Source of the DNA: Lingula anatina | Lineage: Eukaryota; Animalia; Brachiopoda | Length of the DNA stretch: 64,000 bases | Direction: 5' to 3' | Assembly (NCBI GenBank): GCA_051362555.1 | Contig: CM120641.1 | Location: 29,518,401 to 29,582,400 of the forward strand | Shown: positions 40,271-54,836 of the stretch, piece after piece | Layout of the letters: every line of letters starts with the position of its first letter | How positions within the stretch are numbered: the first letter of the stretch is position 1 | Made by a program: the position numbers and the translations under genes | The notes under the pieces: model-generated | Told to the model about the DNA's origin: nothing | Seen by the model: only the letters and a program-made list of their open reading frames with translations | The model's database searches: none

Positions 40271-42260
40271 ACAATACGGCTCAGCTAGCTCAGGTGGGGA
40301 GATACCAGTAACGACACCTATTTGGAGAAGTGGAAATTTTCAGATAACAGTTCGAACAGGAACATTTTAATTGTGGTTGTCAATCTCGGAGTGTAGAAAT
40401 CCAGAATGCTCCAATTACAAGTTTTAACCTAAATCTTTAAGTTAAAGACTCTCTTCTTGATTTTTCTGTTTTGGGGCATTGTACTTAGGCCCCCTTTACA
40501 CTGGACGGCGTCCTTTCTGCGTCCCCTAGTACGGCCCCGTTTGAGAGTGAAAAAATTACTTTACGTGCCGACAACTGGCCGATCATTGAGCATCTATTTT
40601 GCAACGAAAGCGATGCTTGAGCTCTGCTTCTAATGCATCCAGCATAGCTTTGTATTTTGCTTTCTTGAGATCGGCATAGAGTATTTCTTACTAGCTTGCT
40701 AACTCATTTGCTTTGTGGTTCCCTACATTTATTTCTCTACTTATATATCTTCACATAAACGGTGACTAAGTAGCCTACTGCGTTTCCATCCAGGTGGGTT
40801 AATGAAATGGTCATTTTAATTTAATTACACTTCTAAACTGAGAGCTAAATGGCTTCTAGATTGTCCTGATACAGATTGATAGCTTAACCGATTAAATGAG
40901 GTGAGTCATATAGTTTATAATTTCAAGGTAGAGAACCATTTCAAAAAACATGAAGTTGAGGTACTCCATTTGACTCGACTATAATAAATAAAATAAAACA
41001 AAATGCATCTATGACACATAAAATTATATATAATCCTTATGAATTTTTTGAAATTAAATTGAATGGAATTGATAAGTTTTGTAGCTGCTAATCCAATAAA
41101 ATGTTTGGAAAACTGAAAATTCATTTACGATTAAATATGATACGATAATAAACTACTCATTTCCTTTTGCATTTCGACTTTTTCTTTGAATGGTATGTAC
41201 GTGTTTTCATGTGCCCATTTAATGCTTTTATATTTTTTGTTTTGGGAGTTGTCAAGAATTTCATGGTTGATTCCATGGTTGTATTTGTCCCGTATCATTG
41301 TGGTCATCGCACAAGATGTTTTGTGGTTCACAAATTTCCACCAGAATTAGTTCTAATGCGAATACCCTATGCAGAATAATGATAGTTTGTGTAGTTACAT
41401 GGCACTGTTTTTGGACCTAAAATTATGGTTAACCGAAGAACAACAGAAACATCCTAGCATTCTTTTAAGCCAAATGCAGCCGACCCAATGTAAAGAAGGG
41501 GTTATATGTTTTGATTTTTTAATACGAGACAAAGATGGCACGGGATGTTATTTTAGTCTCAAAATACCTGGCATATACATATTTACGCAAACCATAGCGG
41601 CATGGTAAATACCCTTTCAAGACATCCTATCCGTGTTTTCCCCCCCAAATCGGATTTTCCTCGGAAAAAATCTCCTGCGCACGAATATTTGCTGGATCCG
41701 TGCCTGTGCTCGGGTTCGACGTTTTGTACAATTTCTAATTATATAAATTACTGGCCAGTCAAATTAAACACGATATTGAAATCGATATGAGGTACTTTTA
41801 ATTAATTTGAGGGGTTTTATCGTTTTTTAGACATGGCCACGGGCATTGTGAAGTGGCGGGGGGGGGGGGGGGTCGGACATACGTGCACTTGTGCGTCAAA
41901 TTTTTGAATTGAACAAACTTTTCGATCCGTCAAAAATGATGACAATGTTTTACTTTTTTGATGATGGCGCTTCCATTTTTAAGGGTTTCAACATGTATGT
42001 CATTATTTCTTTGATGTACTTAACTGTTTGAGTAACCCTTTCAACGTTATATATAAAATGGAAAAATATAATTCTGATAAAAAAGACATAAATCCATTAA
42101 TTGCTCATCATTTTTTCTGATCAAACTTGTAATAGTAGACATGCCCTTGCACAATTCACTTATCGCAAGTGATTTTTCATAACATAGTGTATATTTGCAG
42201 CTGAATAAGTTTGATCAAAGCAACATAATATTAACTATGCTGAAAAGTGTACTTAATCAT

Positions 42261-45200
42261 TCATCTTCTTTTCTTTGTAGTTTTCAATCCGACATATTTG
42301 TCGGTATAACTGTGTTTAACGACGTCAGCAAGTACCACGACAGAATGAAAACGAAACCAAATCACCAAAGGAAACGTCAAAGTAGAGAGTATCGCCCAAG
42401 CAGTGAATGAATAAAAGTTTTGCTGCAATGTGTTTGGATCAGCACTTCGTAAAGCAAAAGTGTCAAGAGCCCACAAGCAAAAATTGATAAACTGAAGAAA
42501 AATTAGCCCTTGCCTTCCTGGTTTTTCAATCGCGTGTTCCCGTGTAATGGAGCGACGCGGCAAAGCGAAAGCCACAAGGAATACAGTCTGCATGGTTGTA
42601 CTAATGATATCGATACAAATCGAAACCATGACCAAGGTCCTGAGACTGTCGTTTTCTGTATCCCCAAAAATACCAGCTATAAATGTGAGAATGGTATATC
42701 CTAGTACGCCCATATATGACACACCCATTAAAGCCTTGTCGAGCATCTTGAATTGATGTCGGTTCTCCTCTGCGAACATCCTGCGCTCTCTGCGGTGTCT
42801 TGCTTCTTTAAGAAAAGTATTCTTCTTCGACAAAGGGCTCATTTTGATGTACGTAAAAATCGATGTCACAATGCTCAAAATATTGAATAAAAAATCTGCT
42901 ACGAACAAAGTTACAGTGGAATGCCAACGGTGCAATTCAAACAACCCATTATTACTGTGTTTTTCCTGACCGGCATTGTGCAAGAACATCATAATGACCA
43001 CCAACATAAAGCATAACAGAAGAAAGCCCAAGTATGTCCCAAAGTGATAAGTGAAATAACCGTTGTGGTGCCGGTTACCGACTTCAACTCTACCAAGAAA
43101 ATCAGTTTTTGGTGTGCCAACGTGGTTTTCATCCTTTTCTTCACTGGCATCAATGTTTCCGTCCTCTATATACGTAGTCCTACGCATCTGGACTTTCTCC
43201 CCAACCTTTGTCCAAATGATATACACCATGGAGGCGGAGAGGAGGCTGTGTTCTATCACGCAAGGGAAAAGGTAAGGTGAGAAAGTATTCTGTATCCCGT
43301 CGCTACACTTGTAACTCGGAGTGAGAGTGTGACCAGTTGTTGAATAGCTACTGTCTGAAATATTGTAATAAAACATGGAAAATTCAAAATGACATAGTCT
43401 ACAGCTAACTTTACTTTTTCTAACTTTACTTTACAAAATATGTGATTTAGCCCTAGACCTCTACCAAAAGGGAGAAAAACTGATCTGAGTTCTTAAAAAG
43501 TGCAATAAAAGTCCAAAACTTGGGTAGGGGTGGGAGATAAGAATAATCAAATCCCCCTCTTTAAAATAATATCAGGCTTTAATTTATAACACCAATAATA
43601 AAGGCCGAGGATCCCTATGTGTCGACATTTTGTTGGATTGATCAATATATGAAAACCATTTCAGTACCATAAACTTATATCAGTATCTGCACCAGAGCGA
43701 CCCTCATGTTACTCATATTAACTTCGTCGAAAATTACCATACGTTTTGCGTGCTGCCGACTTTAAAGTCGTGACCGTGGCTAGTAAATTTTTCAGACGTA
43801 CAAGACTATTTCCATCATATGGAGGTCTTACAACTTTAATTTAATATGAACGATAACTCGCAAAATATTGGAATTTTTAATTTTTCACTACTCAATCACT
43901 GATATTTTCACTATAAGATTGACGATGGATTTGGCAGAGTTTATTATTATTACTATAACTTTAAAACGCGACGAGAAACCTTTCAAAGTTAATCGTATGT
44001 ATGAAAATGAATATTAACGGGTTATAATGTAGGTCTTTATGTACTTTGGACCACATCGTTTGCAGCAAAATGGTGAGATGCAGTAGTTGTGCCCTGTGGC
44101 AGCTGTGCGTCGTGCTCTTCATGGCCTGCAATCTCCTCTCTCGCCTCTTCCACTAGTGTGCTGAGCCACACAGAGAGATTGATACCAAAAAGCAACATCA
44201 TGCCAAACTTCGACAAGACTTGGATCCAAAAGTACTTGTTGATGCGAATCTGAAATGGTTAAATTTTGAACCTACATTTTTATAGAATGGTGAATTTGAC
44301 TGTCAAAAGCTGGTTCAAAGGAAAGGGGGCACAAATACATATACATACACTGTGGTATGTAGTGCAAACTCATAAAAAAACTATTTAGTTTCGCAAAAAA
44401 ATGAATGAATTAATAAATGATTTAAATAGAAATGGAAAACGTTGTAAATGTTACCTTGGCGTATATGAAAAACAGGTAAACCTGTAAAGCTGTGAATGTT
44501 ATTTGAGCGATGGAATTCATGAGAATAGTGGTTTCCAAGCAATTGGCCGCCACATCGTTTTCGTATACTTTCCAGTTTATATATTGCACTATACGGACGG
44601 CATCGTATATGATAGTTCCCGTGCCAAACACTGAAATATTATCACACGATATGTATTATCAACTGATATACTGTAGTTCGAGTAAAACTTAAATAGCGTG
44701 GTAAGCCTTATTTAAGCAAATAAATAAATAAATAAATAAATGAAAAAATAGAGTTACAAGTAACGTTGAACGAGAGACTAAAATTTTAAACTTTGAACTT
44801 TAATACGGGTTGATAGACCGTAAATTTATGAACGGTTTTAGATATACATCGTACATGTAGTGTACCTCGGTGAGGGGGAGAGAATTTCCAAGAACATTTA
44901 CTTTCGATATAAAAAGTTTAATGCGTTTATTATAGTTTACGATCGAATCGAGAAAAGTCAACATAAATTGTATGTAGACGCACCAAAAAGGGTTTGCAAA
45001 GTGTCCATTGACATACTATACTAACCAGCAACTCCCAGCTTCTGAAAATTTATGCCGTTCGATTTCTCTTCCTTGTAGGTGTAATCGTTGGTCAGTTTGT
45101 CCTTGGCACCCAGTATCAATACAGTCAGTATCCACGCGATTCCCAGACAGAAGAGGACAGTCAGATAATTCTGTGGAGCAAAAGACGAAAATGCCGACGA

Positions 45201-46362
45201 TGATACATTTTTATTTCATTGTTATAATAAATCGATCATTTAGTAATAAAGAGGTGTATAGCCTTAAAATAATGCCTACTGCACAAGACTGCCCTAAAAG
45301 GCTAAGGAGCAAAGTCAAACATTTTTTACAATAACAACGCTACGTGTACATTTTATTCTATATTAGCCTACTAGTGGAAAATTATTGATGAAAGTTTGTG
45401 TACGGTTCATAATCAAATACGTAACCCTAATAAAAAGAATATAAAACTGTACATCTATTATATAGGCCCTATATGCATGCTAGTTACACATGTAAGAATA
45501 TAAAATATTACCTGAATAACAGCCTCTTCCAGATGTGACTTTTCAAGAACACTGGCAGTTGCCAACGAAAGTGTTATGATTCCAAGGAATCCAGTTATCA
45601 TAAAACTTATTAGCTTTAAGTTTTTAGGATTCGCACTGGAAACATGGAAATATTTACGTTTTTAAGCCAATGGACAATCTACAGTACTGTTACTTTGCCA
45701 ACCTAACAACTTAACAACTTGAAATAATTTTGTATTTTATAGCTTGAAATAATTTTGTATCTTAGACCCCATTCCCATACATAGATCGATCTAGCAGGAT
45801 CGACCCATCTCCGAGGGAATTCTTGCTGAATTATTCAGATTAAGCGGCTCTGATGTCTGGCACACTTTCTGATGCTGTTAAGGTGTAATTAGCTATCGCT
45901 TAGCAGCTTCAGTAGTCTAAGCCGCTTAATCTAAATGCAATTCAGCGAGAATCCCCTCGGAGATGGGTCGATCCTGGGAGATCGATCTGGGTATGCGGAT
46001 GGGGTCTTATAGCTGATTGTATGTGAAATTAACGGAATTTGCTAGTGTAATTGAGGTATTCAGCCCATACGAATAGATATGAAAGCGAAGATTTACAGAA
46101 GTAACAGTGAAAAGATTCAAAGGAAATTTCCAAACGTGTACCATTCCTTTAGATCTAAACCGATAACTCGTAATGTTCGCCACTTCATTGGTCCCCTTCT
46201 TAGTACCACTTCAGCGTCCATGGTTCCATTGTCCACGTCGCCTGGCCTGTGGTCCTCAATAATGGCAACATGGTGAACTGGCCTCTGTTCCTTAACAGCA
46301 GTATCGCCTGACTCATTCATGTGTACATCGAATTCGACCCTGTTTTCATGAGAACTGGTCAT
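42261..46362 (-). CDS. OTOP: Otopetrin-family proton channel, ~654 aa, 6 exons
   Basis: In-frame exons 46362-46142, 45635-45512, 45170-45026, 44630-44455, 44249-44045, 43354-42261. Motifs: G...FGTGTIIY, FTALQVYLFF, FGMM...INLSVW..LVEE, SPYLFPCVIEHSL, KPGRQ...FL...NFCLW, QQNFY...AW....L.PL.IWFRFHS. Confidence 0.93.
45763..46009. mobile_element. Near-palindromic foldback MITE in otopetrin intron 1
   Basis: agaccccattcccatacatagatcgatctagcaggatcgacccatctccgaggg...ccctcggagatgggtcgatcctgggagatcgatctgggtatgcggatggggtct; arms ~85 bp. Confidence 0.8.
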
Positions 46363-48096
46363 CTTAATTCAAAACGCGTTCGAGATATACGCGTATGGAG
46401 GTTTTCTGTTAGTAGCTCACAAAAAGATATGAATTTGTGGTGTTCGCATTCGATCGCATAGTAATGTGTCCCCATATCATATCTGTGTTATCGAGTTATC
46501 TGTTAAATAGGATGCACATTTATTTAATGGAATTTGGTTTCCCGTGACAATGGCCATATATCTCTGAATACGATACATCACGCTGAAACATCTAATCGAA
46601 CTTGCTTGTCTCTAATATGTTGAAAACAGTACAGCCGACAGTAGCGGGTTTGGGGGGAGGGGGGGGTCAAGGGGTCCTGACCCCCCCCCCTTCGATTTCT
46701 GAAAGAAATCACACCAATGATCCCCTCTTGAGATTAGAATTTTGAATAGCTGAACCATAGCTCTAAACCGTACCAAATGGCACTGTTCGCCCTCTAAAAT
46801 ACTAAAACATTTGGAGCCCTACGCCAAGTTGGGGGGGGGGGGGGGTCGGCTTCGCATACGCGCCCCCTTCATATAATCCTGGATACGCCCCTGCTTATTT
46901 TAGTTGAATGGATATTCACATAGTAAGTGGGGACAGAAAAATTCTGAAAAGTAAGTTTATGTATTTCAAAGACCCCTTTCCCCCGCCTAAAGGTGAAAAA
47001 TAACTTGCTTGTCTTCATTTTTGCATTTTAGCTGCAGAGTCAATCAAATCCATATAGGTCCAACGACAACAACATCAAATTCAGAAAATTTTAAACATGT
47101 TTCATTGTCTTTTCTAATATACACATCACAGAAGGGACTTTAGGCTTGTAACTGCCACATTTCACCGCATTGCAGTGCGTCAGGGGAGTGCGTTGCAGAC
47201 GACATGCTGTAGGCCCCTATTTGCAAGAATTTTAAAACATTTAATTTAAATTAGGGAGGGAAATCATTTTGTGAGTTTAATGAAATTTAATACAGTAATA
47301 TGATTGATTTGTCATTTTCTCGTTTAAATCAGTAAAGTAGAAAGTGTAGCAGGCAATAGACCCAACCCATCTCCCCTTAAAACCCGTTCCGTGAAAATTT
47401 AACCTATGTTCTCCGCCAGAGCGTATAATAGGCCTACTGTGTGCACTCTGAATATTGACACGGTCTATTTGAACAAAGAAATACACACTATCTCTTTGAT
47501 TTGAATGACAAGACGTGACTAGAACCCCCCCCCCCCCCCACCACTTCATCCACCCCACCCTGCTCCTTGCTCCTTCAACACTATCGTTTGCTGATTCTTA
47601 GCCCGCGATTCTCGACAGCCAAACAGTTAACGCGGTCTGCAACATTTCAGGGAGAGACAGAAGAAATCTAATTTCTGCTATGATGTCTGCAAAGTTTTAA
47701 TTCGCAAAACTGGATAAGTTGACAAGTTATTCGCTTTTTAAAATATTTCAATAAACTCTGCTTTTAAGTGGTTCCAAGAGTTCCAAATATTTTGATGGCA
47801 TCTTGATAATTTTGTCTCGCGTGTTTCCCCAAAAAACCGTCCACACACAAAAAAATCGATAATCGTATGGGAATTTTATACAGCCAATCGGCGATATCTA
47901 CTAGTAACAATTTTATGACTTGGGCGTGAAAACGTGATTCACCTTTGTGCTATTAGAGTCATTTATATTGATATGATTAATAAACAGTGCGTGTCGATTT
48001 CCAACGTTTTGTTTAGCGTAATGTGGCATTGCTTTCGAAGGATAATGGGAAATGTGTACAGAACTCAAAACAAAGTAAAAAAATGCATTTTTGACT

Positions 48097-48327
48097 TAGG
48101 GTGCATGCCCAGAGATTTAGATCGATCCAGAGATTTAGATTTAGATCGACCTAACTCCATGGGGGTTCACGCTAAATTGCAGTCAGCCGAGCGCGCACCA
48201 TAGTTAATTGCCCCCTTACAGCTTTTAGTAGGCGGGACAGACGCTTAAGCCGGTTAAGCTGACCGTAATCTAGTGAGACTCCCCACAGGGATAGATCGAT
48301 CTAAAATCTATGGGAATGGGGTCTTAT
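48097..48327. mobile_element. Related foldback MITE (diverged)
   Basis: Right end gatcgatctaaaatctatgggaatggggtctta matches the 45763 family terminus; left arm cccagagatttagatcgatc is complementary. Confidence 0.6.
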
Positions 48328-49607
48328 ATGCAAATTAGATTTCCTTGAATAATAAACTGGTCGCAATTGATGTTCAGATCTGTAATGACACCGCGAACGA
48401 AGTTGTCAGCGGAAGAACAAACAGACATAAGTATTTTAGGAGTTTTTAAAGGGATACAAAAAAATGGAATCAGCGTTTTTTAGAAGTGGATTCAAATGTT
48501 TTTTAATAAAGATTTTTTAATTAAGATTTAATATGTGAACGCACAAAACTGTAAATGATTTGACCTTGCACTATTAAAAGCTATTGAATAAAATGCAAAG
48601 TGAACTAAAGAAAAATGTCTGTTTTCCTTATAATTACATGTTCATTTACAAATGAATGAAATTCAGCTAAACATGTGCTTGCACTGGCCAAGACCCCAGC
48701 CAACTATATGACATAATTTTCACCCGCAACTAGGATTCAATATTTAGAGTATTGCGCCCTAGCCCGAAACAAACTCTCTCAATTCAAGACTTCAAATAAA
48801 AGAGCTTTTTGAAATCAAATACTTCATTATCTTTGAGTAACCCGCTCCTCTCCCTTTCTACTTCTACCATTCAAACAAACCGCTTTCGACACTCACACCC
48901 AAATGAAACTCAATATAGAGGTGCGTTTCAAATGCTAAGGTGCCAAAAAAATAAAATTGAATGAATTCAAAGTTGTATTCAATTTTTTAAAAACATACAT
49001 GTATATGTGTATAAAAAAAAAATCCACGACAGTCTCAATTTGAATTCAAATTTTGATTTTTATCATGTTTTTTACATTACGCAAAGAGCCCTAAATAGTA
49101 ACGTATGATAGTTTGACATTTCTGATATAATATTTGGAGCACGAGGGGAAAAATAATTTATTTAATGCTTATTTTACTGTCGGTAGAGTGTATTTTCCCC
49201 GTTTACATCTTCTTTTACATCCGTAAGAAACAACAGTTTACATAATTAAAGATATGTCCTGCTACTCACAGAGATGATCAGAAATAGTAGCTTTACACAT
49301 TTTGTGTACAGTATTCTGTATATTAGGGCTATGTAAAAGGTGTGTTTGTAAAAAAAAAAACCTCAGATGTCCTCAAAGAAATTTATCGTTTTGGAGTTCT
49401 TGTTCTATTTCACTTTTTAAAATTAAACGCATCAGTAATAATTATACAGTCTAAACGTACCATCTCTTTTTCAAACTAAATATTAAAGCGAGGAAGGGTG
49501 TGTCTGTTATTGGATTTCTGTCATTCGATCTTCTTTTGCGGAGTATATGTATTTTTCAATATTTATGCAAACTACATGTGAATTACCACAATAGAAAAAT
49601 ATATAAT

Positions 49608-49992
49608 CAGGGGCGGTTCCAGGATTATTTGAAAGGGAGGGGGGGAGTCCGGAACGACAGGCCTCGGATGCGAAGCCGACCATCGCCCCCTTGGTGTGGG
49701 GTTCGGGGCCTACTCGAGGGCCCCGAAAAATTTTTGGTGTTTTGGAGAGCAAATTGAGCGATCGAGCAAGATCAGGCCTACCCGACTACCAGACTCGGCA
49801 CCAAATGATGCTGAATTCACCGGTAGATCGGACCACACTACTCGTTTTGCTTTAGTACGGTTTAGAACTATAATTTAGCTAGTCAAAATTCTAATTTCAA
49901 GAGGGGAATATTGGTGTAATAAATTTTTCAGAAACCAAAAGCGGGGTCAGGACCCCCTGACCCCCCCCCCCCCCCCCCCCTCTAAATCAGCA
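49608..49992. mobile_element. GC-rich short element of the CAGGGGCGG... type; relatives at ~46640-46893 and 52635-52792
   Basis: Shared ggggtcaggaccccctgacccccc motif and cagggg(c/t)gg...ccgc(c/t)cctg-type ends; GC-rich against the background. Confidence 0.5.
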
Positions 49993-50636
49993 ACTAAAAC
50001 TATCACAGGATAGATGATGATTGAGTAAAATCGCGATGGCGATCGGGACCTGTCCTAGGATGCTGATCGAAGTCTGTATATGTACCTACAAGTTGGAGAG
50101 ATGAAGATCAGCCTTTGTCCTAGGACAGTCGCTATCAATCAATTTGGATTCCTCAGCTGGTAAATATTAAAGAATGAATATCATATTTCACATAAAAGGA
50201 ATTTTTACAGTTTTTTTTTATTAAAGAAAGCAAGGTATGTTATTCTTTCAAATTCAAAAAATGTTCAGCTAAAAAAAGGAGTAAATCAACGAAAAAACGG
50301 GAGTATCTTAAAAACTCCCTTAAGGCCACTAGTAGTAAACGGACCAAAGGCATAGAAACAATGCTCAAACCCACAAAATAAGTAAAACACCACAGGGAAT
50401 AATATTTTTCTCCAACTTTATAACTAAATAAGTTTATTTCATTTCATTTTAATACAAAAAAGAAAAAAGTTTATAATTAAAACAAATGTAATTCTAAATT
50501 TCAAAGCCTTGCTGTATTTAAGAGGATGTTTTTTTTTTTCCAATTTGGTCATTTTAGAGACAAAGAGAGAAACAACGAAGGGACGTAAAGGGATAACCTC
50601 TACCTTGGGAGAACCCCCCTTCCCCCCCAAAATGGC

Positions 50637-53600
50637 TTTTTATGTACAGACACAGATGTGTCTGTACATATAGCCATCACCTGCGTCTGTCGTCGTCGCC
50701 GTGCACTTTGACCACCGATAACATGATAAGTGAAAAACCGTTTTACCTTTTGGCTTGAAACTTACAGAACTGATGAGCTTTCATAATATGCAGGTCAAGT
50801 TCGAAAATCAGCATGATATGGCCATCTATATGGAAGTTATGCTGTTTTTTCACTTTTTTCAGCATATATGCAACACCGATAACACGATAAGTGAAAAAAC
50901 GTTTTACCTTTGGGCTTGAAACTTATGGAACTAATGAATATACATAATACGCAGGTCAAGTTCGAAAATCAGCATGATCGGGCCATTTTTATGGAAGTTA
51001 TGCTCTTTTTTCATTTTTTTAAGCATATATGCAACACTGATAACACGATAAGTGAAAAACCGTTTTACCTTTTGGCTTGAAACTTACAGAACTGATGACT
51101 ATTCATAATACACAGGTCAAGTTGAAAATCAGCGTGATTGGACCAATTTTATGGAAGTTATGCTGTTTTTTTTTCACTTTTTTTAGCATGTATGCAATAC
51201 CGATAACGCATTTCAAGGAAAATCAATTGGCCAATTGTCTTGAAATTTACAGGGGTGATCAGTCTTACTGAAATACAGATGGAGTTCGAAAATAAGCTCC
51301 ATTGGTTCAGTTCTGGTGAAGTTATGCCTTTTTTGTATATAAGTGTTTTTTCCTTTGATTTAATTCTTAGGCATGTTAACAATCTCATCTGTGAACTAAT
51401 TAGATATGTAAAGGTGTTCTTTTGACATTTTCTGCATCTTAACAATATTGTTAGTTAATTATATAAAAAAGATGGTAAACCTGTTATTGTGTAATAAAGT
51501 GTCAAAAAATGGAAATAATAATAAACTCATATCTTTACAGTTTGTCAGATTCAATCATTCACCATGTTCAGAATCTCAGAATGGAGAAAACTGGACATTT
51601 AAAATTGTTCTATTGATATTTTTCCTATGTCAACAATTTTCTCAGTTGTTCATTTAAAAATGACAGTAAATTGATTACTTTGTTATATGAAAAAAAGGTG
51701 TTGAAAATGGAAGAAAATCAATTCAATACAGTTATCTCTTGTATACAGGTACATTTTGGCATTTTGAAAGTGTGACTCTGAACTTCCATGGCCTTGAAGA
51801 CCTTTCCATGTCACATTTTCTGTATATCCATGATACTTTTATTTTATTATTAAAAATTGATGGTCATTATGTTATATTGCATAAAAGTTGAAGAAAACCC
51901 TATTTTGGAAATGGCTGCCGGAATGACCATTAAGGAAAAACCATGTTACTTATGATACTCAAACTTACTGAAAAGTTTTGTAAGACTGACGTGCAGTTTG
52001 TGTTGGAAAATCAGAGTGATTGTTTTCTGTTCTGGAAGCAATGCAGCTCTATAGAGTGCTATATTGGGCTACTGTTTATGGATGGTGGTAATTGTCCCTT
52101 GGGGTAGTCACAAGCTAAATTCAGAGCTATAAAATCATTTGCCTAATTAATTTCCAAGTGCCCATTAAATAAGATTACATAAAACACACGTTGAGATTTC
52201 CCAGTAAAGTCCCATAGGTAAAGCTCTCTTAACTGTGTCACAAAATTAGGAATCTGTGATAATTATGCAGGTAAATGTTGTTTAATATTGCAAATAAGTT
52301 AACAAAAGAAAAAAAAATTGAATAACAGTGCCTTATTATCCTCAAACACATTGGGGTTATTCATATCATGTTATTACAGCAAGATTAAAAGTTTGAATAG
52401 CAGCTTTAATGGGATATTTTTGTTGTGTTTTCTTTTTAATTTATTTTTCAAACACTGGCATTTTCAGCTCCCATCCACCTGAAGCTCTTCACATTCTCTG
52501 TATTTCCACATAAACAGTTGCATTGGTTTTTATGTCTTTAAACATTATGTAATAATATTTTATGCATTGTCATCATTATTCAAATATTGGGATTTTCATT
52601 ATGTGAATTTGGTCCTGAAACTGTAATCTTATTGCAGGGGTGGATTGAGGCCGTCTTCTGGGTCTTTCAGATTTTAAAGTTCATATTGATGGGTATCTGT
52701 TTTTTTTCTGTTGGAAGACCATCAAAAATGTAGGATGGATCAACAAAGATAATTTGGAATACTGTCAGAAAATATCTCTGGATCCGCTCCTGTTATTGAC
52801 GCTGTCACCTGTTGTGCATGATTAAAATTCAGTGTTGATTGACAGTGCTATTGTAGGCATGATTTATTATTGCATCAAAATTAACAAAATGAACCATTTT
52901 CTGCATTTTCTCAGCATATATGCAGCACTGATAACACGATAAGTGGAAAACCATTTTACCTTTTGGCTTGAAACTTACAGAACTGATGAACATTCATAAT
53001 ACACAGGTCAAGTTCGAAAATTGGCTTGATTGGACTATTTTTACAAATTTAAAGTTATGCTGTTTTTTTCCATTATTCAGCATATATGCAACACTGATAA
53101 CACATTTTAAGGAAAACCAATCAGCCTTTTGTCTTGAAACTTACAGGAGAGATCAGTCTGACTAATATACAGATCAAGTTTGAAAATAAGCTTGATCAGT
53201 TAAGTTTTGATGAAGTTATTAGCCTTTTTGCATATAGGTGGCTTTTCTTCAGATTTAATTCTTAGGCATGTTAACAGTCTCAATATGGAACAAATTATAT
53301 ATGTAAAAGTGTTGTTTTGACATTTTCTGCTTCTTAAAAATATTGTTAGTTGATTATATAAAAATGACAGTACACCTTTTATTGTGCATTGTGTAATAAA
53401 GTATCAAAAATGGAAGGGAACTCATATCATTGAAGTTCGTCAGATTCAATCATTCACTAAGTTAAGAATCTCAGAATGGAGCAAGTTGGACATTTAAATT
53501 TGTTCTATTGATATTTTTCCTTTGACAACATATTTTAATTGATCATATAAAAATGACAGTAAATCGATTATTTTTTTTCATGTAAAAAAGGTATTGAAAA

Positions 53601-54745
53601 TGGAAATAAACTATTTTTAATACAGTTTCTCTTGTTTAGATTTTGGGATTTTCAAAGTGTTTCTGAACTCTATGGGCTAGACACATTTTGTGAATATCCA
53701 TGATAGTTTTATTTTATCATTAAAAAACTGATGGTTATTATGCTGTTAAGCATTATGTAATATTGCATCAAAATTGAACAAAACCCTATTTTAGGCACTG
53801 CCTCCTTAGTGACCGTGAAAGGAAAACCATGTCACTTGCTCTTTTTACACTTAAAGGAAAGAAACATAGGACTGAAATACAGCTCCAGTTGGAAAATCTG
53901 TCTCATTAGTTAATTTTCTGGAAGTTATAGAGGTTTTTTGTGAAAATTTTTATCTTTCACATACTGGAATTTTCAATGTGGGACTTAGAGCTCCCTTGGG
54001 CATGAAGCCCAGTGGTAATCACCTTTTTTTAATGTCCATGTTTTTAATAGTAGATATTTAAAAATTGGTGGTACTTAAACAGTTAATCATTATGTAATGT
54101 TGCATCAAAATTGACAAAAAACCTCTTTTGTACACTGCCACCATTAACGTTATAGAAAGAAAACTGTTACTTTCTAATTTTTCAACTAGTCTTACAAGAA
54201 TGATTCTTAGGATTGACATACAGCTCATATTAGAAAACCAGCTCTATTAGATTATCACTTTTATTAAATTTATGCATTTTTTGTGAAATTTTCATTTTTC
54301 TCATTTTGGCACTTTCTAAGTATAAACTTGAACTCTGATGGGCCTGAAGCCTTATGCTTTTACTTTCGTCGGTGTTACCTGTTGTGCATAATTTTAAAAC
54401 ATTTGATGTTGACTGTGCAGTTAAACATAATGTATTATTGTATCAGAATTGATAGTCTCCTATTTTGTGCATTATTGTTTTGTGCATTTCTTAAGGGTGT
54501 GACTTATGGGCCTGAAGACCTTTGAGAGGGTCAGTCTGTAAATTTCCCTTGGGTCTCACTAGGCTAAGTTATAAAGTTATAAAGTCATTTGCCTAATTAA
54601 TAGGCCATTAAATGAGATTACATAAAGCACACTTGTTGATATTTCCCTGTAAACTCCCAAAGGTTAAGCTCTCTGCTGGATTAATAATAAGGAAGCAGTG
54701 ATAATTATGCAGGTAAATTTTGTTTTATATTGCAAATAAGTTTTT
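50637..54745 (+). mobile_element. Long composite copy of the HINE-like family lacking its 3' terminus
   Basis: Same 5' hairpin (tgtacagacacagatgtgtctgtaca) and ~161-bp cores as 20293-22081, with the internal block duplicated (50.7-52.0 kb and 52.9-54.5 kb). The gtctgtacat...gctgccttg end expected near 54480 is absent. Confidence 0.78.
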
Positions 54746-54836
54746 AATATATATAATTATAATTATAATAGTTTTTAATATATTTAATTATAATAATATG
54801 CCCCCAACAGCCATTATAATAAAAATGATAATATGA

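Noticed and set aside
51077-53165. Similar short ORFs (MKLTELM..HNTQVK)
   Set aside because: Translations of the HINE core repeat with non-ATG starts; not conserved in frame between copies.
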